From Nitrospirales bacterium (GTDB lineage Bacteria > Nitrospirota > Nitrospiria > Nitrospirales > UBA8639), in contig CBDBCZ010000014.1 in the NCBI GenBank assembly GCA_965203295.1, positions 384,001 through 448,000 on the forward strand: a stretch of DNA of 64,000 nt. Reading direction: 5' to 3'. The position numbers were made by a program, and so were the translations under genes. Below are positions 9,853-23,926 of the stretch, one piece after another (positions within the stretch are counted from its first letter, which is position 1; each line of letters begins with the position of its first letter). Below the pieces are notes generated by a model. That model was not told the origin of the DNA, did not search any database, and saw only the letters and a list, made by a program, of their open reading frames with translations.

Positions 9853-10971
9853 TAGTCTCGCGGGCCAGACGATTAAAGTACGTCTGGTCACGTTTGCCAC
9901 ATTTTTGCAAACGTCGCCGGAATGTGGGCGACACCAATCAGATTGCAGAGCGTTTAATTATTACATAGTTCTTACGTGTTAGTCACATGACAGTCTGTCC
10001 TTTTCAAACGAGATGTTATCGAGAAAAAAAGTGTTAGCGAAAATTGCGAGTTAGCTATGCTTCAGCCGAACCAGGAACGAGTAATAAGTTTTAAAATAAA
10101 AGACGGTTTCCGTCGCTGGTGTCTCAAGTGCACCGGACAACTCGAGCAAAATAGGAAGCACATGCTCTGTAGACTCACTGTGAAGATTTCGACGTTCCTT
10201 CGCCGTTACCGCTGACTCACAAAGCAAGCACATCTCTACCGACTGTCTATATCGTGATTATAAGGCGAGAGTCTACCGTATAGCGCTTAAATTTCGCGGG
10301 TCTTTAATTTTACGAATTTCGCGAATTTCGAACGATTCGCAAAATTATTTCAACGAAAACTTTTACACTTCCGCATATATAGTTGAGTGCATAGACTTAT
10401 ACTGTTTATCGTTTCGGTACTTCAAGAGCGTGGATGGACAGTATCCGTGGTCCAAGTTGCCAGATCCACAAAGCCTAGGAGCGCTCTCCAAACACGTGCC
10501 TCGTCCGCGATATTTGGGTCAAACAGCGAAGCGCTGTACTTCAGCTATCTGCCGGCGCGAAGGTCAGGGGAGCATACCTGAAAATGAGCGCGAAGAAGGC
10601 CGAAATTGGAAGGCGAGCAGCAGAGCATGGAGCGCTAGCCACAATTCACTACTAAGCTTCCTGTAAATCTGTGCGTATTTAGTCACTCGTACGCTCCGCC
10701 CATTATTCATTATTCATTTGTACGTGGGTGTGGCGATTTTAACAGCGAATTCGCGAATTTATTTCAACGAAACGTTCAAAAACGGCTATTCGCGAATTTT
10801 TAGACCCGCGAAATTTAAGCGCTATACGGTATTAGCTTCACATAATAATTGCGTTCTGCCTTGTGAAAAATGACTGTGTCACGTGCACTACATTCCACCG
10901 CGTAACGGAAACGTGGCTAAGGTGGCCAGACGTAACTTCCCCCAACAAAAATCGTCTGGCCCGCGAGACTA
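9853..10971. mobile_element. Non-autonomous AcademH-type element with nested MITE
   Basis: TIR tagtctcgcgggccagacgatt / aatcgtctggcccgcgagacta. Perfect 9-bp TSD ATCTCGAGT at 9844-9852 and 10972-10980. Carries a remnant MCLLC...ERRNL (10233-10051) similar to the transposase N-terminus at 56863. Confidence 0.9.
10276..10829. mobile_element. Tc2/pogo-like MITE nested in the Academ-type element
   Basis: TA TSD; TIR ccgtatagcgcttaaatttcgcgggtct / agacccgcgaaatttaagcgctatacgg. Confidence 0.9.
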
Positions 10972-11153
10972 ATCTCGAGTGTTTTCATTAGCAACAAGAC
11001 TGTTAGCATTGCTCGAAAGCTTCGCTGGAGTACCACACCGGCAGGTAGACACACTGATGGGGGAGGGGCGTAATGGTATAATTCTTTTTTCTGGTTTCTT
11101 CTTTCTTCAGCCATTCCGTTCCGGGTATTAGCAACTGCCGTGTTCGTCTATAT

Positions 11154-11416
11154 TAAGTGCCACGCCGCTTTGCCATGTTGCAGCAGTTGCAGAGGGGCGA
11201 TTCAAGGGCTCGGGCTTTAAACACAACAAAAGACTCATACGCCACCTTACGAGTCCATTTTCAATGTGATAGAGCCGGGGCGATATAGTGAAAAAGTCCA
11301 AAAACGGTCAATGAAGAGTACTGTACTAAACGTGCATTACGTAATCTACAGTACTGAGCTACACGTGACTTTAATGAGACCTGATTAGTAAAGGTCAACC
11401 TTGACCGACCTCCTCT
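11154..11416. repeat. One-armed copy of the CAGAGG-terminated element at 31764-32196
   Basis: Near-identical (inverted) to 31764-31995; ends gaccgacctcctctg. Confidence 0.8.
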
Positions 11417-12412
11417 GTTTAATGCCTACCCTTGATCGTATCTCCTGGTTCATCACTGCGTAATTAAGTTACACGAACTTTTAGCTAGAATACTTACTCA
11501 TATGGCTGATTATATGTTGTCTAAACGGCTTCTGGCCAGACATACTGTTTAAGAGTGGGGTTAGGGTAGTATGGTAGCTAAGGCCATACCAATTTAATTT
11601 TATGTTGCTCGAGCCAGAGTACCTTTAAAGCAGGGTCGGTAGGTAGGCTTAATAACGATAATAATAGTCACGTGATCACTCGTCTCTGTAGGCAATCGAT
11701 CACCAACAGTTCTCCAAAGGAAGGCATCCAGTTCCAACCTACAATTTCAGGTTTCTTTATAATCTCAAGGCCTCTTTTTACAAGTATACTACGCTGCCAG
11801 TTTTAAGCTGTACGCAGTAAATGTATTCCGCTGTGATATGTGGGTAGTCTGTGTATGCATTATATACAAATTAATGTGCATTGACGCTTGTTTTGTTGGT
11901 TTTTCGGGAAGTGTTTTTTGGTGGAAGTGCATCCCTATCTAACTTATTTTTGCACTTTTTTGCAAGTGCTTTTCTTATATAAAAATGAAAGAGCATGTAG
12001 GGATGGAATCATAAAAAAGTAGCCAAACAAGGTAGGAATGACACCATAAAAATTTACGGATTACCATCCCTACATCTTGCCATCCACACGCACACCACAA
12101 TCCCCATCATGCAGCTCCCTGTGTATCTTGTTTAACTGTGTACTTTAAACTAGTGTGGCCAGAGGTGCCATTGAAGAATAACTGTGTTCTTGTGTAGGCA
12201 GACTCTAACTGGTGTCATATATAAGGAAAAGACTCACAGTCACTCATTCTGCACCTTTTAAATTATGGGATGAACACTGCTGGAGGGGGCAGGTAGCTGT
12301 TTCTCTGTGTGACACTAGAAACTGCAATACATGCCTTTGTCCTTGGTGAGTGCAGTGAAATGTGAAATACCATTTATACAACTCTCTACATACGTAGCTA
12401 AAGCCAAAGTTA

Positions 12413-12790
12413 GTGCTACTCACGTGACCTTCGACGAATCAGAAGTCTCAAACTCGATCACATGACCGCACGTTAAATCGCTTAAAGCACACTTAAGTGT
12501 GCACTAAGTTGTTAATGCACACTTAAGTGTGCATTAACAAAATTAGTGCACACTTTTCTAAATAACGCCCAACAGAACCGTGGCTGTCTCAGGTCAGTGA
12601 GTGAACTAAATACTTTAGATACCAGTTGGCAGTGCATTACGGGACTAGTTAGCGCGCTCGGACAATTAAGTAACGGTCTCGGGCGGATAATGCACTCGCC
12701 TTCGGCTCGTGCATTATCCGCCCTCGACCGTTACTTAATTGTCCTCGCGCGCTAACTATATCCCATAATGCACTGCCAACTGATATCTAA
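12413..12790. mobile_element. TSD-less insertion ending in a palindrome of about 178 bp (Crypton-like non-autonomous element)
   Basis: The palindrome spans 12614-12791 with apex gccttcggc. Its flanks 12362-12412 and 12791-12906 recur uninterrupted at 12958-13130 (gccaaagtta|atacactcac). Confidence 0.7.
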
Positions 12791-14532
12791 ATACACTCAC
12801 TATGGATGACTAACACAATTGACCTACAATCTACGCACGCAATACAATCACTCACTGCAATCCAATCATCACCACACAAGCATATTGTTCATGTACAACT
12901 AATGTACATAGTTATCCCACTCCCCCCCCCCCCCCCCCCCCCCCCCAAAAAAAAACAGTGAAATACCATTTATACAACTCTCTACATAGCTAAAGCCAAA
13001 GTTAATACACTCACTATGGATGACTTACACAACTGACCTACAATCGACGCAATTGCCCCTAATGAAACGCAGTCACTCACTGCAATCCAATCCTCCCCAC
13101 ACAAGCAAATTGTTTATGTACAACTAATGTAAGGTCAGAGCCACTTGCCGGGCATAATCGCAGGCAGTGTGTTTTGTCACAGTTTGTAGTGCACTGTATC
13201 GTCAGTGCCTCACTGCATATGTCAAAAGCCGCATACTTTAAACAGACTCACCAGCATGAAACTGTATGCTGGGGGCTTGCAGCAGCGTGCAACAGTCACT
13301 TATCCCATAGATACATGTAACTCAGCTAATGTATAGTTACCTGCTTCAATAGCAGCTTCCACGTGTGTACTGTCCTGTGTATTAGTAACCGAGATGGGAC
13401 GGGATATTCTGTCGCTATCACGCTCTGTCCTATCCCAGGCTTAAGTAACGACCCAACACACATGTACAGCCATCCTTAACTAATCTTCCATGCTAGGGAA
13501 TTATGGATAGGGGTGTGTATTAAAGGTACACATTGCACCAAAGGACTAATTTAGTTTGGTTGTAGTGTGGGATTATGTGTTAATGTATTTAAATCATTTT
13601 ACAGTTATGGGATACTGACATGGCTTTGATTTAATGAGTAGTGAATGAGCAATGAATTATAGGCCCTTAGCCACACATTTTTGTAATTGCTCTCTATATA
13701 CAGGAGATATAGCCTCTTAAACCTAAGAAGGTAGAGTCCAGAGCGCTCAGAGCCATACCTATTCACTTGCCATTCTGTTGATGATAATTGCTTCAAAAAG
13801 CCTTGTCTGGCCCTCATGAATATAGTGAGGAGAGCAGTAGTGACCTAGCAACAGCAGCGGCTTCAGCGAAATTTTGGCAGGAAAATTGTAGTGAGTAGCT
13901 TAATCCTCCATTAGCGCTATATCTAAACAAAGGAGGGCTTACCGTGAATAAGTGCATTCCTACCATACCAGTATCCTATAACCTGAATGGTCTTGAATAA
14001 GGATGTAAGGTTAATTTGTGATGTGGATTGTGATCAGGTGCAGTAGTTGATGCTGTTGAAGATGGTAATGACTGTGGGTTGCGGTGTGTGTTGAAGGGAG
14101 TATTGAGTTTGTAGTCAATGACTATGGGGGGGGGGGTGCAGCATGTAGTGTACTACAGGTATGACTGTAGTGCTTATGGGTTTTGCTCTAGAACCTCTAG
14201 ATTGCCTATTACACTATGAATCTGTGACCACACAGCTGGCAAGAAGCACTCCAACTGCTGTGAAGAAGGCGGTGCTAGTATAGGCAGAGGCTTCCAGCTG
14301 TAAAAGATGCCGTTTTCCTTGTATGTGCTACATACAGGTAGGGGCTATACATGTCTATGAGTGCCTATTCATGTAGGGTGCCTATTTTTTGAAAGGGTGT
14401 TTATTATCGGGATATAGTTGTTGTGATCTAATTGGATGCTTATATCCACAGGGTGCTTCTTTTGTATGGGTGCCTATTATCCCAATTAGGTATGGATAGC
14501 TGTACAGATGGCTTTGTGAGGACAGTTGCATA

Positions 14533-15033
14533 TCGTATTTCCGCGATCAGACGCCACATCGCGCGATTTTCCGCGGCCACTATTCGAGGGCGGCCACTAA
14601 TCGAGGGCGGCATTTATTAGATTGAGCGGTTTACTGGTTACACAGCAATGTACAACAGCAGTTTAAATCCGTTTGAAAATCGCCGTTCGTGCCTCAACAC
14701 TATCGAAAAGCCATCATGCTACAATGCCAGCTGTGTTTTGAGGGGAGAGATATCGAAAATACAGATTCGCGGGCAGCCTCCGTCGGGCTCTGATCCCTTA
14801 AATTTGCAATCTCGAAGAAGACAAAGGTGAGGTCCGATAACTGTTAGCTAACAAAGTCAAGTATTACTCTACTTTTACTGTAGTTGCTACATCTTCTTGC
14901 TTACGCAGTACTTGAATTTTAGCTGCGGCTACTGTTCGAGGGCGGCCACTATTTCGTTCAGCACTTCCGGAGGTGCGGCTATAATTCGAGGGCGGCTACT
15001 AATCGAGGGCGGCGTCTAATCGCGGAAATACGG
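14533..15033. mobile_element. Tc2/pogo-like MITE
   Basis: TA flanks; TIR (c)cgtatttccgcgat.agacgcc / ggcgtctaatcgcggaaatacgg; internal tcgagggcggc repeats. Confidence 0.85.
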
Positions 15034-15185
15034 TATATGGTATTGTTTGATGTTGTTCTAATGGTTCAGCATGGGGAGTATAATCTAGCTGATCTTGTGA
15101 TTGCAAATGTAATGATCATCAAATCACTCCCAAGAATTAATTGTCCTGCACTAATTTTTGATGCTCTATAAAGTGTACGTGTGTA

Positions 15186-15585
15186 TAGGCATGAGGAAAT
15201 TATGCTCAAAACGTATTCCATTATGCTTTTCTTCAATGCTTGCAAACCTAACTAATTTTTCTTTCAAAGTAATCCCATTATGCTCCATTATGCTCAGCTG
15301 CATGACTGACATGACATCACAAACAAGATCAATAACAGTTAGAATATGCGCCAATGCAAATACGGCCAAAGCCATATAATCATTGCTGGTAGTACTGCAA
15401 CATGATAGATGTTTCAATATAATCATGCAGACAGATATTCTGCTGGCTTCCAAAAAAACACCGTTCTGTACATGCAGAGGATGGCTGCACAAGTAAGACT
15501 AAGACCGTATACATTATTTGGCCTATTATTCCGGAATTATGCTCGATTCTTATGTGAACCTATTATGCTGCTTTCCTCATGCATA
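15186..15585. mobile_element. hAT-like MITE
   Basis: TIR taggcatgaggaaa / tttcctcatgcata; perfect 8-bp TSD CGTGTGTA at 15178-15185 and 15586-15593. Confidence 0.85.
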
Positions 15586-16668
15586 CGTGTGTACCAGTTA
15601 ATATACTTTGGACTGCAATTGCCAAGGAGAAAGACCTGTCTGGCAGTTTTTACTAGTGTCACACAGTAGAATGGCTGCCTGCCCACTCCAGAATTACTCA
15701 TCCCATTAGAACACCAGTAAGGGTGCTTACAGATGTGTGACTGCATGGGTGAGTCTTTGACACTGGCTGGAGTCTGGGTACAGCAGCACCTCTGGTGAGT
15801 AGAACTTATGCCACCAAAATATAATTAGAGATGTGAGTATAAGTCTATCATTATTAAAAAAAAATTGGTCATGTAGGGATGCACTTCAACCAAAAAAACA
15901 CTTCCCCAAAAACCAGTGAAACAAGTGACAATGCACACCGCAATGCATGCACAGACTACCCACACATCACAGCGCAATGCATTTACTGGGTACCTACCAT
16001 CCCTCATATATATCATACATCAGAATTTTTTATGGCTACCTACCAAGTTTTCGCCATCAAGGCAACAAAACAACCTTCATTTGCTGTAGCTTGGCCTACA
16101 AACCTCCAAATACTGTTACATAATGATACTGCAGTTGCATAGTAATGCATGATGTAATATATTGCACATGTGATAAGTGCAGACGCATAAACAAACGAGC
16201 ACATGTAAAGCAATATTAGGACCAGCTGTTCGCACGCTTCACACACTCCAGCTGGCAACAAAGACCACATGTACATGACCCAACAAGAGTGAGTACTTAG
16301 ACTTCAAGCACTGCCCTAGTGGTTTGCACCAATACTGGTATTTGTACTATAGTGCGTGGGCGGTTCAAAGGCGCCAGTAGCCGTTTAAACGACAAAGACA
16401 GCTGTTCAAGCTATATGGTAGTCAGAGCACACACTCTAACTACTGTAATTGGTAGCTAGAGCACAGAAAACGTCTTTGAGTTGCTGCAAACCCACAAATG
16501 AGATTATTCATGAGGTGTATTATAAACAGTACAAGCCACTTTGGATGATGCCATTTCATGGACATACAGGCTTCATTGATAGACATGAGGCAGGTGGTCT
16601 ATCAATGAGTGGTCTCAATGAAGCCTCTCCTGTATTTCCTGTAAACTGAATACCATCATCTTAGTATA

Positions 16669-16753
16669 GCTTAGAGCATGGGCAGCTATGTTCTAACTAG
16701 GCCGAGGCGAAGCCGAGGTCTAGTTAGAACATAGAGCTGCTCATGCTCTGAGC
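16669..16753. repeat. Palindrome with GCGAAGC apex (same style as 12614-12791)
   Basis: agagcatgggcagctatgttctaactaggcc-gag-gcgaagc-cgag-gtctagttagaacatagagctgctcatgctct. Confidence 0.8.
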
Positions 16754-18230
16754 CATTTAGTATATGCACATCTTCAGCTTCTTATGCTGTATGGGATTTT
16801 TACTATACTCATTATTCCATACACTTGGTATTATAGTAACATATACTAACTATAACATATGGCATGGGGGATCAGCCAATAGCAACCCTCATATACACTG
16901 ACGTACTCCATTATTCATCCAAGTGGGCCTCACCTTTTGCCCGGTAGCATTCTTGATTTCTTTCCGGTTTTTCCACTTGTCCTTTCCAGGTACCTGTCAG
17001 CTGGGAAAGGAAACACACAGAGAGTCAACGTTGCCTCCACCCTGCTCATTTCCTACATGTACAACCACAGAGAAGTGAACTCTAATATTATTCATCCTGC
17101 ACTAAAACATACAGGCTGGAAGTTTGCAGTTCTCTGTTTGCGGGAACATTTTAATACAAACTACACAGCAAATTCAATTCTGAAAGTGTGACGTCAGGGC
17201 AGTCTACAGTCATTGAATGGACTGGACTGGTGGACTGGACAAATGGACTGGATTGGTGGACTGGACTAAAATGACTTTTTGTCTCTTCACAACAGCTTAT
17301 AGAAAGGAGTTGCACTACGTATATAACTCTGTAACTTGCCACAGTCATCCTCATTGAGGCATGCAGCATTGAAGTCCCATTAAAAATAACCATTGGTTTG
17401 TATTAATTTGCATGGTTAATGTTGCATAGCATGTCACAGGCTTTATATATGTGGAAGTGCATCATGTTTGATTGTCATCTTCCTACTACATGTAGTAAAT
17501 GAAAGCACAGATGTGCACAACTCTCGGCGCGATTATGATGACATAATGTATGCTATACTTTGGCATCTAGAATGAGTAAGCAGAGAAAAATGTACAATTA
17601 CAGTTATCGTACGTTATAAATTACAAAGGTTTATACTTTATAGGTTTAATATTTGTTTTTGTATCCCATAGCCGCCCATAGTATCTTTTTTTGTCAATAA
17701 CATTACACTGCCTGTTAATCTTTTATTATCTCATGCGTGGGCACAAGATACAAGCTAAAAGCTGGGGGCATACGGGGAGAAGACATATGTGTTGCATCGT
17801 ACTGTAATAAGTCTCCAATACGTGTCATCGAAATGAGCAGCTTGATATGGGAGTAGAACAGAACCTCATTCACCGTCCTGACATTTTAGTTCCAAACCGA
17901 AAACAAGTGTTTTTACGTCAAGCATGAGAGGCGTGTCTGACATGCCCACAGATCTGGCTAGCCAGTATAGTAGTTTCTAGTCACAGTATGTGACAGTGTT
18001 AGAAACAGCAGCTAACCTACCAATAGCCTCCTGTAGTCACTAAAAATCTTCTGATGTATCTACTGGTAGTCGAAACCATCAAAACTGGTTGTGGTGAGCA
18101 AGTCACCTTTAAATGAAATATTTTTAGTGAAATTCACGAGTCAAAAACCTTCAATACCACATACGCTTTCGAATCGTATCTTACCTTGCACCCATACATT
18201 AATTGCATAGCTGTTAGCGAGGTAGCAGAT

Positions 18231-18413
<183 letters not shown>

Positions 18414-19591
18414 GAGTACTGTAGCCCTCACTACACATGCATGTCTAGGGTTAACGAGGCCATGTTTGTAACTGATAGCAATGAAGTGCACAATTTGTGT
18501 TCAGTGTGTTAGGTGTTATACCAAGTGTGTTAGGTGTTATACCTAGGAACCAAGTCATTATACTGGCCAGAATCATGTAGTGGGAATGACATGGGTTCCA
18601 GCCAATATTCCAAGGCACATGTTTGAAATGACCCCTCTAGCAGTGACGTGGATGTCCCCTTCAAACTCATAGCACACTAAGATTTAGAGAAATGGGCAAC
18701 TTTATCACACAGTTTTATCAAGGAAGGATTGCTAGGTTAGTAGAATCACTGTAACCACTGATAATTTGGGTTAAGTAGTGTTCATTAACCAATGACCTCA
18801 CAATCCCAGCTGGTGTGGGCAACAGTATAGGGTTTCACCATATGCTCTGGGCATACACCTAACCAGGAAGTGAAAGTATTCACATAGCAGACAGACAGAC
18901 TGGGGTCAACAGATGCCTTCTAAGGACAGCTAAGAATGTCCCAATACATATTCCAGCATGCTATCTCATGTGTGCACATAAACAAGCACTGCTCTAGAAA
19001 GATGTTGGTTAGCCTTCAGATACTGTATCAGTATGCTCTGATATCGATTTTATGTAGCACTCTAGCATTTTGCCTATCCAGTGACCACTTTATACCATTG
19101 TTCGGCTCCCTTCTTCCTCTGACACTCCCGATTTTGTTGGTGCCTAGTTCCTTACAGAAATCCGTTACTTTTAACTACTTGTATCTCGTATTGGATCAAC
19201 TGTGGAGGCTCACCACTCTGTATTAGGCAGCAGTTCAAGGTGATTTTGAAGTTTGAATCCATACTCCATGCCCAACAGTGCCCTGCATTCACCTAGACAG
19301 AACAGAAACAACCTTGGTTAGTACACAGGGGTTTGTTCCAGCTTACTTAACCAAGCCCACTGTAAAGGAGTAGAATGCCCAGCAATGGCCTATACAACAA
19401 ATTCCATATACCTTCCATGTAATACACTTTTCATGGGGAATGAAAGAAAGATATTTTAGGCTTCTATGTAATAGTTACAGATCAGAGATACACATTTGCA
19501 GGAGACCATATCCCTCGTCCTCCAGTGATGCATGATTTCTAAAACCACTATGGAAGATGCTAGCCACTCAAATTAAGCTGTGCTCCTAACC

Positions 19592-20021
19592 TAGTCTCGT
19601 GCCCTGACCTTACAAAAAGCAGAGGGTAGGGTCACCAAACATGATGCAGATCTGTAGATTTTCATTACTTATAATAATAATAGTATGTGTTAAGCCACAA
19701 ATAGCATTAATCTGGCTTCATAATGTTTACTTGCTGAAGTGATTTTTTGGATGTGGCAAATCCAAAAGCTACCTTGCCCAGCCAGCTTTTGCTAATATTT
19801 CAGTACAACAACTTGCAAACTTGCAGGAAGCACTTGGCCATTGCCAAGTTTAGCTTTTACAAGTATACATATCCACTATTCACACGTACCTACTTGACAT
19901 GAGGGTTCTCAAACTGAAAGCCAGAATGTGTCTGTGGATCTTGCACTAGCTATAGGGTCAAGTTATTCCCCAGACCCTTTATTCTTCAGTTTATGTCTCG
20001 TAGGGTCTGGGCACGAGACTA
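19592..20021. mobile_element. Old non-autonomous Academ-type element
   Basis: TIR tagtctcgtgccctgacc / ggtctgggcacgagacta; only 5 of 9 TSD bases match. Confidence 0.6.
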
Positions 20022-22534
20022 CTTCTATGTGGACACACATGTAAAAACAAATGAGTCTTCCAAATATGGGGCTGTGAGTGCTCCATGAATACGGTATGAG
20101 AATCCATCACAACAATTTTGATTAAAAAGGAGTATCTAGAGCAGCTTTTAATTTTTCGATGCATGCCAGATGCAATGTAGAAGCAAGCATGGAAGAAATA
20201 AACTTCTAGATACACTTCCAAGTGTAAAGATTTTTAAATAAATAATGTAAATCTACACAAAACTGGTAGCCTCTACTGCAACAGATGAACTAACCTTCCT
20301 TTAATGATGCATAGACTAAAACGAGTCAACGAGTCAAGTTTTCCTCATTCTCAGGCCCTTTTCACACACTATTTCATTTGCACAAGAGGGGAAAGCCTGG
20401 AAACGTGGCTATACTTTCATGTACATAATTATTCGAATGACACAACTGGTGTCTAAACAATTTGTGATCCCCACACTCGCATGATAATTAATGAGGGACC
20501 CTATGTAGCGTGGTAAGTGCTCGTTCACCTTTACATGCTCAACACCTGTCATCCCTGACAAGAAAGGGAAAAGACTGATAGGTCTATGTAGCTAACTCTA
20601 AAGAGAGATGACATTCAGGAAAGTCAATTCTTCTGCTCAACCATCCATCACAGTTTTCTCAGCAAGGACACCTACACTGACAGGTGCATTAATTAAGGCA
20701 GAGACACATGCCCTGTGCAAGAGAGCAAAGTATAAATTCCAGGCTATCAGCGTATGTGCAGCTACCCAGTCTCCACAAGTGGCATGGTATGCAATGGCAA
20801 TACTGAATAGGCAGTTTATTACCCCAATGGCAGTACTGACTAGGTCACAGTTTATTATCCACTTTTTATGGCACAGGCATCCAACAAGTAGGCCACCATC
20901 ATTCTCAATCAGTCACGAGTCATAGAAAAACATTGTAGCAAATATCACTCTTCTGAGAACGCGTTTTTTTTTGCCAGTGAAGAGGCCAGGTTTATGCTAC
21001 ATTGGTGGTGGTAAGCTCTGAGTATGGTAGTACTCCATAGGCAGGGATGGCATGGGGAAAAAATGGCCACTGCATATCATACAATTAGAACTTGGCTTTA
21101 TTTACAGTCACAAGCTTTTATGAGCCATACCATGGCACATCAAGTATTTTCATCAACAACAAGGCTGTTAGCATTGCCAGAAGCTTCGCTGGAGTACCAC
21201 ACCAGCAAGACGCCACACTGGGGGGACTGGCCAAATGATCTATTACTTTCTTTCTCTCTTTTTTGTTTCTTCAACCAGGCTAGCACAAGGATGGGCTTAA
21301 GCGATCACAATGATTTAAGTGTGAACAAGCTGGATATTCTCTGGGGTATTGCACTTGGAGCATAGCATTTTCAAAGAAATCAAATAGGTTCAGCAGTGAT
21401 TCACAAGTACTCTTGCCTTTTAACACCATTTAACAAACTTTGAACTTTGAGTTCATCTATATAATCAATCCTATAGCCACAACTATCCTCACAGGTGAAC
21501 CAAACATGTAAACCATGACTTCTCCCACAACATCCTTCCTGTTTGATATGCAAAGGAATGTATGAAGTACTGGGCAAGTCGCACAAACATACTGGTAGTG
21601 ATTTTGGAGCTGTTTGCATATTTATTACTCTTGCTTTCAGTTACTGTTGTTGTCTTTGAATGTGTTATTCTCATTATAGTTGTAGCTGAATGGATGATCA
21701 TGCAAATATAGCATAATTAGATGAGCATACTTGCCAGGGCTACCGACACTTTGCAGTGACTATTTTTGTTGAAGAGTGGATGGGTTTATTTTTGGAGACT
21801 ACATACACTTTTCAGCACAGGTTACACGCCCAGTACATGTACACCCCAGTACACGCCCAGTACATGTACACGTACATAGCTTTCATGTTTAATTATCTTA
21901 ACAGGTTAGTTAATAAAACAGCAACCACAATTGTACATGTAAAGCCACACCAAATTTCATGCTAATGGATAACTTCTGGATACTAGTACATATTATTGCA
22001 GAGAGTAAACACCTCAGTCTGTAATAGGCACCTGTACATTATGCTCAAAACTTAGCTCAATACACTATTTCATAACTTCCCACATTATGCTTGATTACAA
22101 GGACATTATCATGTGGCATAATAGCTATTGGGGCGTTGTTCTGGTTGTAATTCTATGCGTAGGTATGTACGTACGGGTGCACAGTCCTATATACCACAAA
22201 TGGCCAACAAAACGTTTTGTAGCTCTAGGGGACGGGTGAGGACGCCGCCTCAAAAACCTTGGCTTCCAAGTAAGAAGCTGTGCTGCAGAAGATTGGGCCT
22301 GAATGCATCAAATTCTCAGTGAGGTGGCAAAAATTTCAGTGTGGTAGCGGTTTTACCACTCAGATTCCAGCTATTTTACTTTAAAAACTGCTAAACTTAC
22401 ACAAGATCACTCGCGGAGCGGCTATTATTGCTCCTCTCTGCCCGAGATGTTTTCTTTACATATCAGCCAACATCGCTAATTGCATTCCACTATTAGCTCA
22501 CGTGATCTCTTCCAACCTCCTCTGTAGTTAGCCT

Positions 22535-22617
22535 TAGCCTCGTTCCCAGGCTCCACTCCACGGCTTTTTATACACTGTGCAATAAAAGCTGGGGAGTGGA
22601 GCCTGGGAACAAGGCTA
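22535..22617. mobile_element. 83-bp TAG...CTA hairpin mini-element
   Basis: tagcctcgttcccaggctccactcc...ggagtggagcctgggaacaaggcta; TSD degenerate. Confidence 0.6.
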
Positions 22618-23532
22618 TAGCTAAATCATTTTCACAGCTCACTTTTTGCAGGTGCATTGTAGTGTAGAGTGTATAGGTAATTATTTAATTGCAATAGGAC
22701 AGCCTACAGTTTACATAGCTGGGACAATTGTGCACTCTGCAACCCAGCTGCACATGAGATCACCACCACTATTACAAATTTTTCCTCTCCTTAAGTTACT
22801 ACTCTGGTAAAAGTTGCCATACAGGCTGGTAGTAACCATTTTCCCATCTAGACATGTGAGCTCTGATGGGGATAAAGGTCATTCAGTCACAGCTAGGACA
22901 CAGTACTGAGACCATGCAAAGATCAGCTTAAAAAGTTGGTTCCCTCCAAAAAAACTTAGCCATCGTCCAAAATGTACTGCAATAAGAATTGCTCATTAAT
23001 GTATTCTAGGCTTCGGCCACAACTACTTGATCACTTGCATGAAGACGGAGGGATGGTAATCATGCTGGTTCCCTAGCCTTGTGCCCAGCTAGCTGTTCAA
23101 ACTTTTTATCTCTCGCAGGAAGAAACAGTAGCGAAAATGTTGGGAGGGCTGGTAAGCTATATTGAGTTGACTAGTTGTTTCATGGGCCAATGGTAGGTCA
23201 GCTTGAAAATAAGCAATTCACACTTACTCAACTTCCTGCATGTTTGTAAGCAGGAAAAGTAATCAAGTAGACCACCCCCCCCCCCAGCTCTGTCCTTGAA
23301 AGTTTTGAATCCAGCAATAAAAAGTACAAAATATGTGCATGCACGATTAACTTGTGGTTCGCAGCTAGGGCGTCTATCTGGAGTTTTTTAGTGAAAAGGA
23401 GCTAGAAAAACTAGCAAAATAATGCTATGTGTGTGGGCCTCTAACCTAAATGTAACTTTTGAGAATCTGTATTCAGTGTGGTTTGGTTGGAGAGGGGGGG
23501 GGTGAAATAAATCAATTTGGAGTGGCCTTCAA

Positions 23533-23926
23533 TAGTTTTGCGGGCCAATTAAACTAACTTTTCACTGGCTCCATGGGAAAAGTATAGTCTAGTCATCCAC
23601 TTATCCCATTTTTGGACCTTGGTGCACAATTATTTTACTGCTCATTCATGACATCACAAACAAAATGTACCGGTTGTCACATCTTGCTCCTGTTCTTCTT
23701 CGAAGCCAGGTGTCAGATAAGCAGCCTGAATTTCTCAGCCAACATCAAGGTCTGCAGTCTGTTAGCACACGGCCAGAAATAGAAAGCCATCTTATGTGAC
23801 ATCACATATTTAATCGGGAAAAAAGCCAGCATTCCAGTTCTTTTACACCAAAATGGAATAAGCAGATGATCAGACTTATACTTGTCTGACAGAGGCAGTG
23901 AAACATTAGTCTGGCCCATGAGACTA
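23533..23926. mobile_element. Diverged copy of the Academ-type MITE at 27047-27462
   Basis: Ends tagttttgcgggcca / ttagtctggcccatgagacta. Internal ccaaaatggaataagcagatg is shared with about 27387. Confidence 0.7.

Noticed and set aside
18480..19250. Possible decayed LINE 3' region
   Set aside because: There is only a vague resemblance, and no continuous frame or diagnostic motif could be read.
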